Under the pieces are notes generated by a model. The model saw only the letters and a program-made list of their open reading frames with translations. It ran no database searches and was not told the DNA's origin. From assembly GCA_009859145.1 (NCBI GenBank), contig VRVR01000009.1, positions 315,621 through 333,489 of the forward strand: 17,869 nt of DNA, read 5' to 3'. The DNA is from Andalucia godoyi And28 (Eukaryota > Protista > Jakobida). Positions 6,641-14,508 of the stretch are shown piece by piece (within the stretch, counting starts at the first letter, position 1; each line of letters starts with the position of its first letter). Position numbers and translations under genes: made by a program.

Positions 6641-9600
6641 TCAACTTCTTGTCCGGGTGGCCGACGAAGGCCGCCCCGGCCGTGATCGCGAGCCAGTCCC
6701 ATCCAATGGCGGCAACTTCGCAGAGGATCCATTTTGAGACCCGCTGCTGGAATTCGACCCAGAGGATGCAGTCGACGACGCAGAATTCATGGCTTTTCGC
6801 TGTGCCGCCAAGGACCCCGTTGACATTGCTTGAGCTGGCGCCGAGTTTGATCCTTGTGAACTCTGCAAAGGGTTCATTACCCCCACATTCGGAGAACGAC
6901 CAAATGTTCGTTGGAACGTGTCTTCACGATTCTGCAATTCCAGCTTGTAAAACTGCATGTTTTCAACAGCTTTTCGCGCAATTTTTTCCTGCTCCCGGCA
7001 TTCGTGCTCCAAATGACGAATACGCTCTACATCCTCGGTTCTTGACTCTCGGTTCTCATACCGCAGCTCCAGTTCCATGATCTTCTGCTCAAGAATAGCG
7101 TTCTTCTGATCCAAGGCTTCTGTTGCATGTTCGAACTCGTCTCGCATCTTTTCGGTGATATTCTTGTGCCGGTCTTCCATTTTGGACAATCGAGCGGCAC
7201 TCTCCCGTTCTTTTTCATGCACCAACTCTCGAGTTCGGTCCTCCATTTTCTCCATCGCAGCCGCATGGGATCCGCAAAGATCCTTCTGGTCCTGCTCCAA
7301 CTTCGATATCGTCTTTTGCAAGCCCACAGAAGAGGTCTCCATCGTCCGAAGATCACGTTGCAAGCCTTTAATAAAGTCTTCCTTGATTGCAAGCTGCTCC
7401 TCAAACTTTCTACGCTCGATGTCGGCGCTTGCGCGCAGAGAGTCTCCGAGATCTCTCAGCTGCACCTCGCGTAGGTTTTCAAGTTGAGCCCGCATGCTTT
7501 CAAGCTCCGCATTCAGCTTGGCAGCAGCAATGGTCTCCGCACTTCGAATTTCCTGCTGATGGGCGGATAACATGTCGTCCATCCTTTTTTGATGCTCGGC
7601 GTCTTGGGATTCGCGTTTCCGGCGCTCCTTATCCTTGATGTCCTGCAGCTCGTTTGAATGCTGTTGGACCAGCTGCTCTTCTCTCATTTTCAATTGCTCT
7701 GCAAAGGATTCTTGCAGTCGTATCTTTTCTCGGTCCCAGGAAAGACTGCGATTCTGGCTAGAATTTTCCAAGTCTCGAATGCGAGTCTCGAGAACTTCGA
7801 TCTTGGTCGCATGTGCACGCCGCAATTCTTCGATTTCACGCTCGAATTCTGCTGCGCGACCCTCTAAAACGCGAGCATGCTCAATCTGTAAACCCGTCAG
7901 CTTTCGAGAATAGACATCTTGCTCATTCGCAATCTGTTGCTTCCAACTATGTTCCGCTTCATCGAGCTTCTTTGCATGCCCGACCTCTGCGTCATGCAGT
8001 TCCGCACGGAGAGCATCGATAGTGCCTTGCATCTTTTGTTGCAGATCGGAAATTTTCAAGTTTCCATCCAGAGACAACTGATCTCGAACACTCCGGAGCT
8101 CTTCGCTGAATGCCTTCGTAGCATCTTCCATTTTCTTTTGCCATGCAGCTTCCAGCTGAGACTTTTCACTTGCGTGATCCTGTTTTTGTTTCTGAAGCGT
8201 CATTTCATGGGCCGATTCTGCATTGCTGAACCTCAACTTAAGTTCTGACAACTGCGACTGAAGTTCTGTGCTGGATTTCGAGCCCTCTGCTCTGGAACTC
8301 GCAAGGTCTGCTTCAAGGGCCGCTACTCTCGACTGTGACAACTGTAGGGAAGCTCGGCAGTCTGAAAAGTCCTTGTCAGTCTGTGCAAGCCGTCGCTTTA
8401 AAGATTCGACCTCTGCTTCGAATGATTGCCGTGCATTCTCAGCCGCATCCATCATCTCCTTCAGCAACGCCCGCTTCTCATTCTCGAGCTTCCCGATTTT
8501 CTCGGACAACTCCTTGAACGAATCCCCAGAAGAGCTCTCCAGAGATTTGATCTTGTTCCGATATTCATCTTGCAAGCGGAGCTTTTCCTTGTCCCATTGC
8601 GACTGCTGGTCTGCGTTGTCCGCCTTCAACCGTTCAAGCGATTCCAACAGCTCAGCAACGCGCTGCTGCAGATCCTTGACTGTCTGGCTGTGCTTCCTAG
8701 CAAGTGCATCCATTGAAGAATCTTGGGCTTTGCGCCATTCTAGTTCCAGCTGCTGAATGCGCTCCTCGTGAGCGAGAGACGCTCGCTCCGCCTCCTTTCG
8801 GAGCCTAAGACATTCCGCTTCGGAAGACGCATATGCCTTCTGTGCATCTTGCAGGTCGAGACGCACAATCTTCAACTCGTTCACCAAGCGGGTATTCTCA
8901 GACGCGAGTTCTTCTTGCAACGACGAAGCCCCTGCTTGCAGCGACTTTGCCTGCATTCGTAGAGAGTCTATTTCCTGCAGTCGTGATTCAAGGAGATGCT
9001 TCAGCTCGCCCACCTTCACTTCGGACTCGGTCAATTTAGAGGCTCGTTGAAGAGACAGCTGGCGCTCTGCTTCAAGATCCAGCTGCATTCGGGTCATACT
9101 CTTTTCGTGCGACTGGGTCGCCTGCTCCAAAGCGGCTTTCATCTCAAGCCGGCATTTTCCAATGTCTAGTTTTGCAGCCTCCAGCTGCTCATGCAAGCGC
9201 TGTATTTCTGCTGTGTGTTCTTCAATAAGAGCGCGTTTCTGCCGTTGTTCGGACTCGAGATCATACTTGTGTTTGGAAAGCTGGTCCTGCAAGGCCTTAT
9301 CAATCGCATCTCGCTGTCTTGCGACAAATTCCTTTTCGAGACGTTCCCTCTCATCTTCCCTGGTCTGCAGCTGCTGTGCAAGCATGTAGTTGTACTTCTC
9401 ATTGTATTCTGTGACGATCTTTTTGAGCTCTTCTGCATGCTTCAGTTTGAGGGCTTCCAGCGCTTTCGACGCGTCTGTTCCCTTTGCAGAAGCTTCGCTG
9501 AAACCAGAAACCCGTTTCGAAAACTCTTCCTTCGCAGAATTCAGCATCTTTGACATGTCCAGCACTTTCCTCTCAAAATCGTTTTCCTTCAACGCTAACT

Positions 9601-9928
9601 GAGACTCCATCTGTCGCTTAAACTGTTCAAACTGCGAAAACGCCTCCTTCTTTTCCAGTGCAAACCGCTCCGACGCCAAGCGAAGAGCATCTTCCGTCTT
9701 CGCGGCAGACCTTGTTTTCTCAATGTCATTCTTGAAGGAATTGATCCGATTCGACGCGTCGCGCAGAATGTCTTCGATTTCAGATTCGTACGAATTCGTC
9801 AAATGATCCAATTCAAACTCGTGATCATCGTTGCGTGTGTTCAGTTGGTAAATCACCTTGGTTAATTGTGCGATCTTCTTGCACATTTTGTGATGCAAGT
9901 CCGGAAAAGGACCGGTACCTGAGCTCAT
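6641..9928 (-). CDS. FAM184-family long coiled-coil protein, 1095 aa
   Basis: N-terminal LHHKMCKKIAQLTKVIYQLNTRNDDHE and C-terminal RESR.ED...FYKLELQNRE.TF...F..SPNVGVMNP match the conserved FAM184A/B termini as recalled; about 950 aa of E/K/L/Q-rich heptads between them; S/G-rich tail. Confidence 0.88.
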   Translation of the reverse strand: MSSGTGPFPDLHHKMCKKIAQLTKVIYQLNTRNDDHEFELDHLTNSYESEIEDILRDASNRINSFKNDIEKTRSAAKTEDALRLASERFALEKKEAFSQFEQFKRQMESQLALKENDFERKVLDMSKMLNSAKEEFSKRVSGFSEASAKGTDASKALEALKLKHAEELKKIVTEYNEKYNYMLAQQLQTREDERERLEKEFVARQRDAIDKALQDQLSKHKYDLESEQRQKRALIEEHTAEIQRLHEQLEAAKLDIGKCRLEMKAALEQATQSHEKSMTRMQLDLEAERQLSLQRASKLTESEVKVGELKHLLESRLQEIDSLRMQAKSLQAGASSLQEELASENTRLVNELKIVRLDLQDAQKAYASSEAECLRLRKEAERASLAHEERIQQLELEWRKAQDSSMDALARKHSQTVKDLQQRVAELLESLERLKADNADQQSQWDKEKLRLQDEYRNKIKSLESSSGDSFKELSEKIGKLENEKRALLKEMMDAAENARQSFEAEVESLKRRLAQTDKDFSDCRASLQLSQSRVAALEADLASSRAEGSKSSTELQSQLSELKLRFSNAESAHEMTLQKQKQDHASEKSQLEAAWQKKMEDATKAFSEELRSVRDQLSLDGNLKISDLQQKMQGTIDALRAELHDAEVGHAKKLDEAEHSWKQQIANEQDVYSRKLTGLQIEHARVLEGRAAEFEREIEELRRAHATKIEVLETRIRDLENSSQNRSLSWDREKIRLQESFAEQLKMREEQLVQQHSNELQDIKDKERRKRESQDAEHQKRMDDMLSAHQQEIRSAETIAAAKLNAELESMRAQLENLREVQLRDLGDSLRASADIERRKFEEQLAIKEDFIKGLQRDLRTMETSSVGLQKTISKLEQDQKDLCGSHAAAMEKMEDRTRELVHEKERESAARLSKMEDRHKNITEKMRDEFEHATEALDQKNAILEQKIMELELRYENRESRTEDVERIRHLEHECREQEKIARKAVENMQFYKLELQNREDTFQRTFGRSPNVGVMNPLQSSQGSNSAPAQAMSTGSLAAQRKAMNSASSTASSGSNSSSGSQNGSSAKLPPLDGTGSRSRPGRPSSATRTRS

Positions 9929-10292
9929 CTACGAAAAATTCACAAACCACGAACACCGCGCTAATACTACAGATTCAAAAACGGAAACCTCCAAGAAAGA
10001 AAAGGCTATTAAGGGAGAGAAACGCAAAAAAGAGAAAAATGACAAAAGCAATTACTACGAGTTCTGGATTGCGCTCACGATAAACGTCAAATTCTTATTG
10101 GGTCCTGATTGGGGAACACTCAAAGGAAGGGGGAAAGAAAGCCAAGGAAGCCTTATTGCCCGTTATCAGCCTGTCTACAGCGACTTGATTTCACTTGAGG
10201 ACTTTATTGCAACATTCGTTGCCTCACTCCGTCATTCGTATTTCATATTTTTCATTTTCGTTGTTCTGCCTGTCAACATCGACCTGCGCACA

Positions 10293-10296
<4 letters not shown>

Positions 10297-10358
<62 letters not shown>
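10297..10358. repeat. (GA)31 microsatellite
   Basis: Read directly; lies in the divergent intergenic region between the FAM184-like and protease genes. Confidence 0.97.
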
Positions 10359-10362
<4 letters not shown>

Positions 10363-10423
10363 TGTTCTCAAAAAGATTGTCTGATAGTGGACTTGTGGTT
10401 TCACAGTTTGTTCCGGGCACACA

Positions 10424-11929
10424 ATGTCTTGTCAGGGAACAACAGCGCGCGCGGTACCGATCCGAGGTGGTTCGGGTTCTTTGGTGGTTCGATTATTAGG
10501 GTTCGTCATGGGTGTTGTTCTTTTTGGGTGCGTTTCCGCTGGTCACTTTCGTCAAGATGCTTCGGAGACTTATGCTGAAGAAAGTGAATCGTTTCGTCTG
10601 GACTACTTGGATTCATCGAGTCTGGAAGGCCAGGTTGCGGTTGATTTTATCCGCCTTGGTGGATGGTCTGCGCGAGCCAAGTTCGGTGCCGTGAAACGAA
10701 AGCGAGGAAATTGGGAAGCAGACGGCATTGCAGGATTCGGACTTCCGCAGGCATCTGATCCGCATATTCCTGTCCCTTTGATGTTCGCTTTGGTAACGGA
10801 AAGTCGATTTTCCTCTTCCACCGCAGATGATGCATCCAGTTTGCAGCAGCTGAATAATGTGTTTTCTTTCAATTTCAACAAAACCGGCGGTGAGCTGCAA
10901 ATCGGTGGAGCGCAGCTGCCACCGGACTATCCCCCTGCTGTCTATTTTGACTCTCTTCCTCTCAAATTCAAATACGGGAAGCCACAGTATCTTGCATATG
11001 CGCTTCCGGTAGATCGCATCCGGCTGGATTCGCATGAAATATTGGTTCTCAAGTCGGATCACTCGCGATTTCCAGGGATTTTGGATTCTGCGACTTCGTG
11101 CTTGATTTTGCCGTCAAATCCCCAAGCCGATGGATCCGCTTTTTCTGGCAAGTCTCCTTGGTCGCGATTTCAGTCTGCATTGGAATCGTATGGTTCGCCG
11201 AGTCGCCTGCTGGACGCGAAACCTTCTATCTACGTCAGCGTACAAGGCTTTGAATTCCGGATTCCGTTTGATGAATTTGCATCTGTCACGCCCAGCGGCA
11301 CGGTTGACTTCTGTGTTTACAAGCTGGACACCGTGGATGAAATCTTGGTGCTGGGTGCTCCTTTTTATCGCTCTACATTTATTGTTCATGACAATCGAGA
11401 AAGCGACCATCCTCGTATCGGACTGTCCCAAAAGGCTAGATCTGGAGCAGGTCTTGTGAATTCCCAGCGGTGGGTTTACCATGAGGAAGTGTCTACGGGA
11501 ATGAAGAAACTGGAGTTGCGTCGCCCATCTTTTCTGAGCGAAAGCCGTTCATTAGAAAATGGGAGACAGGGTCTTCCATTGGCTTTTCACGATGGCGCCG
11601 TCTCTGATATCGATCGGCCTCTGTCAAGGTTTTTATTTACCGAAAATGCCGTTATAATGTCTGACCGTGTTGCACTCGCGACTTTGAGTCAAGATGTTTA
11701 CACTGTTGAGCTCAGCATAGGCAATCCATCTCAGAGTGGGATCCATGTGATTGTCGACACGGGTTCATCGACACTAGCCATTTTTCTGCAGGATCAGCCT
11801 GTCTGGGGTTATGTGGTTTCTGGAGTCCTTGTCGTAGCAGGTATTTTTGCTACGATTTTCTGTGTGCACTTTGTCTCTTCCAACTTTCGGAAGTGGTTCC
11901 TTGCAGGGGTTTCCGTTACTGATTTGTAG
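10424..11929 (+). CDS. Pepsin-family (A1) aspartic protease-like membrane protein with permuted domain order, 501 aa
   Basis: Hydrophobic residues 20-39; flap FRLDYLDSS..G...D; DGIAGFG; FSFNF..GELQIGG; ILDSATS (D221); VLGAPFYR..VHD..RIGLS; then YTVELSIGNP..VIVDTGSS (D445); TM helix about 460-484. Confidence 0.9.
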   Translation: MSCQGTTARAVPIRGGSGSLVVRLLGFVMGVVLFGCVSAGHFRQDASETYAEESESFRLDYLDSSSLEGQVAVDFIRLGGWSARAKFGAVKRKRGNWEADGIAGFGLPQASDPHIPVPLMFALVTESRFSSSTADDASSLQQLNNVFSFNFNKTGGELQIGGAQLPPDYPPAVYFDSLPLKFKYGKPQYLAYALPVDRIRLDSHEILVLKSDHSRFPGILDSATSCLILPSNPQADGSAFSGKSPWSRFQSALESYGSPSRLLDAKPSIYVSVQGFEFRIPFDEFASVTPSGTVDFCVYKLDTVDEILVLGAPFYRSTFIVHDNRESDHPRIGLSQKARSGAGLVNSQRWVYHEEVSTGMKKLELRRPSFLSESRSLENGRQGLPLAFHDGAVSDIDRPLSRFLFTENAVIMSDRVALATLSQDVYTVELSIGNPSQSGIHVIVDTGSSTLAIFLQDQPVWGYVVSGVLVVAGIFATIFCVHFVSSNFRKWFLAGVSVTDL

Positions 11930-12081
11930 TTTCGAGTTTACACCTGCGATACACTGCATGAATACTAATTGTCTCTAATTGGTACTGTTGCAATGTTGCA
12001 TGAATAATCGATTCTCCGAATCAGTCGTCTAGGAAGCAGGGCCCTCAGTCACACAAGTGCATGCGCCCCGTGTTCTTCATT

Positions 12082-12097
12082 TATATATATATATATA
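12082..12097. repeat. (TA)8 microsatellite in a convergent intergenic region
   Basis: Read directly from the sequence. Confidence 0.9.
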
Positions 12098-12434
12098 GCA
12101 CACTCCATTCCAGTCGCGATCCATCACCGCTGCACACGCTGGATATCGGAGCACCTTAGCAGTTCCGTGCTCCCTCGCTCTTGTTCAGCAGTCTCTGGGC
12201 GGAATTGGAAGCGGCCCCATGACAGCATCTGGCGTGCAGTCTTGCATCGAATGCGACGTTGGTCACGACACGCCATGTTGGGCGTCTCAAGCTTCGGCAG
12301 CAATATACGGTATCATAGTTCGCGCAGAAAGCTCTCGAACGTTGGGGCGCTATTTGCGGAGTCGTTGGTAAGAAGAGCTAGCGAGACGGCATTTTATTTT
12401 TCAACCGTCTCTTCTCTTGCATCGATTTCGTGCG

Positions 12435-13595
12435 TCAGTTGCGCGGAACGCAGTGCTGTCCGCCCGGATGATGATATTGAATGATGCCACTTAAACACTC
12501 AAACTGGTGTTCTGCGGCGAACAGTCCGACGTACGAACCCTTCAGCATGTGTTCCCCCCATCGATGGTTATACAGTCCCCCGGACTGTTCCATGAACTTC
12601 ATATATTTCTGATAGTGCGGATGTGCGAAGAAGCTGAAACGGATGATGTCCGTGTTGCAGTTGTACACGACCCATCTTCGCCCTTTCGATGCAGAGTGCT
12701 CCGGGTACAAAAACTGGTCGAACCTTCGAATTGGGCGCCCGCAACTGTACGAAGGGTTTCGAAGATATGTGTCGAGTGCCTCTGAGAATGACAGCTGGCA
12801 CGAGTCATCTCCAGTAAGGGCCACCGACCACACGGCGTCCCTTTTTGACATCCATTCAAAAACATCTTCTTTCGTGGGTCCCGTCAGCACTGCATCTGAG
12901 TCGATTCGCCATCCATATTCATAACTTTGCAGCTCTGGCACTTGGAATATCCTTTGTGCAAGAAAATGGCTCATCTGTAAATAAGTCACGGGGTATTTCT
13001 CGCAGCCGTTAAATGAAGTCCTCGGCATCCGCGACTCGGGGCTGTAGCTTTCGAAATATCGGGAAACATCGACAAACGTGAATTCTCGGGATTTAATCGT
13101 GGAGTTCAGCCGCAATTTCAACTCATCAGACAGACCATAGTGAAAGATCATCACGTCGGCTGGAAATGGGTAATACTTGTTCACAGACTCTAACATGCGC
13201 AGACTTTCATGAACATGCTCGTCCTCGGATCCGATCAAAGAGTAGATCACACCCTTCTTTTCAGACCGCCGGCACACGCTCTCTTCTCGATCGTGCAAAT
13301 GATCTCGCAGACACGATAATGGAACATCAGCGTTATCCGGTAAGCGAGCAGCATACTTTTGCGATGTATCCACAGCATAAGTGTAATTGCAAAAGTGTGC
13401 AATGTCTGGCGTGGTCAGCACCCCCGAAGCGCCAGGCGAAAATGAGACTACTACTGTAGTGCGCGTACTGGGCTCTGCAGGAACAACTGGACATGGCCGG
13501 AGAAACAGCACTCCAATGGAAATCAGTGCCAGCGAAACACCGATATAAAACAGAGTTCTCCCGTTGTTCACAACAATCGAAGAAGAAGCAGGCAT
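12435..13595 (-). CDS. GT15 (Kre2/Mnt1-like) alpha-mannosyltransferase-like type II membrane protein, 386 aa
   Basis: ATG 13595, short N-tail and TM helix (LFYIGVSLALISIGVLFL); GT15-like motifs Y.QMSHF....F..PEL.SYEYGWRI and N..IIRFSFF...Y.KY..F.EQSGG.Y..RWG. The ORF-track extension to 13814 is probably intron. Confidence 0.8.
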   Translation of the reverse strand: MPASSSIVVNNGRTLFYIGVSLALISIGVLFLRPCPVVPAEPSTRTTVVVSFSPGASGVLTTPDIAHFCNYTYAVDTSQKYAARLPDNADVPLSCLRDHLHDREESVCRRSEKKGVIYSLIGSEDEHVHESLRMLESVNKYYPFPADVMIFHYGLSDELKLRLNSTIKSREFTFVDVSRYFESYSPESRMPRTSFNGCEKYPVTYLQMSHFLAQRIFQVPELQSYEYGWRIDSDAVLTGPTKEDVFEWMSKRDAVWSVALTGDDSCQLSFSEALDTYLRNPSYSCGRPIRRFDQFLYPEHSASKGRRWVVYNCNTDIIRFSFFAHPHYQKYMKFMEQSGGLYNHRWGEHMLKGSYVGLFAAEHQFECLSGIIQYHHPGGQHCVPRN

Positions 13596-13611
13596 AGCTC
13601 CACAACAATCC

Positions 13612-13822
13612 CTGTTTTTAAATAAAGAGAGAAAGAAAGAAAAAGAAAAAGAAAAGGAGAAACGCCCCAACGGACTCGGACAAACGCCACCAAACACTCC
13701 TCCAAAAAATAAATAAATATATATAATAACAAGCACCACTTCGTAGTGAACAAAAGATCTCAGTGCTATACTTGAGACTGCAATGTTGGTGGTGATACAC
13801 GCGCTTGACAGCATTTTCTTAC
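13612..13822 (-). other. Putative 211-nt 5' UTR intron linking repeat copy B to the GT15-like gene
   Basis: ACG|GTAAGA donor at 13822; long pyrimidine tract about 13665-13622; AAAACAG| at 13612, 16 nt before the ATG. Confidence 0.65.
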
Positions 13823-14153
13823 CGTAGTCAAGTCTTTTACATTCTTGCTATTATTTTCAGCTTGTGTCTTTCGTTATCGAACCCTCCAGCAGCACCACTC
13901 ATCAGAGACAAAGACAAAAACATCTCATGGCTCCAAAGAGGGATCTTCCCAACAAACTCAAAACGGCCATGCCCGACGATGCCGAGAACCAAGAAACCCG
14001 TGGTTGCGATGACCGTTTGATGCAGATCAATCCGCATTGAAAGAATTGGTGCTCGCCCACCCCCCCCCCCCCCCCAATTCAGGAAGCAAAACAAAACATG
14101 TGGCTTGGATCTGTCGCTCAGCCGATGACCAATAACGATTCATGTTTTGGCGA
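13813..14153 (-). repeat. Copy B of the ~340-nt dispersed non-coding module; includes a C16 run (14060-14075) absent from copy A
   Basis: Reverse complement aligns colinearly with 5547-5886 in the same block order. Confidence 0.93.
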
Positions 14154-14336
14154 TCGGCGTTTGCGATTTGCGGTGCGATGGCTAAAAACTGCTGCGGTCG
14201 TGCGACCAGTGAAGCGACTTCTTTCCTCCAAGGCGCTGCTTGGCGCATGTACGAAATGATACTCTTTGATACACCTTGGCGTACAGGATTTGCCCATGTG
14301 TGCAGGAAAACACAGCATCCGCCCCATAGCGGGTCC

Positions 14337-14429
14337 ACATATTCTGATGAATGTAATCCGTATAAAAGCATGTCTTTTACAAATATATGTATGACCGTTT
14401 GGACTGCGATTCGCCATCTGACGAAATGT
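14337..14429 (+). ncRNA. Candidate box C/D snoRNA, possible 5.8S rRNA guide
   Basis: TGATGA at 14345-14350; CTGA at 14418-14421; 7-bp terminal stem ACAT-A-TTC/GAA-ATGT; CTGCGATTCGC (14404-14414) can pair over 11 nt, with two G-U, to the widely conserved 5.8S motif GUGAAUUGCAG. Confidence 0.4.
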
Positions 14430-14508
14430 TTCCTTTTCTTTTCTTCTTCTTCTTCTTCTTTTTTTCTTCTTTTTTTTAAATGCAGCCGTTGGCGACATAG
14501 CTCAGAGC

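Noticed and set aside
2017-13814. N-terminal extensions in the ORF track for DAP3 (2112), CCT7 (4437), UBC9 (5421) and GT15-like (13814)
   Set aside because: They translate pyrimidine tracts or microsatellites (CVCVCV, FSFSFSF) upstream of acceptor-like sites; homology or targeting signals begin at the downstream ATG.
13862-13912. Hammerhead-like CTGATGA...GAAA on the minus strand of copy B
   Set aside because: No room for stem I, weak stem II, and copy A has CTGGTGA with no matching GAAA.
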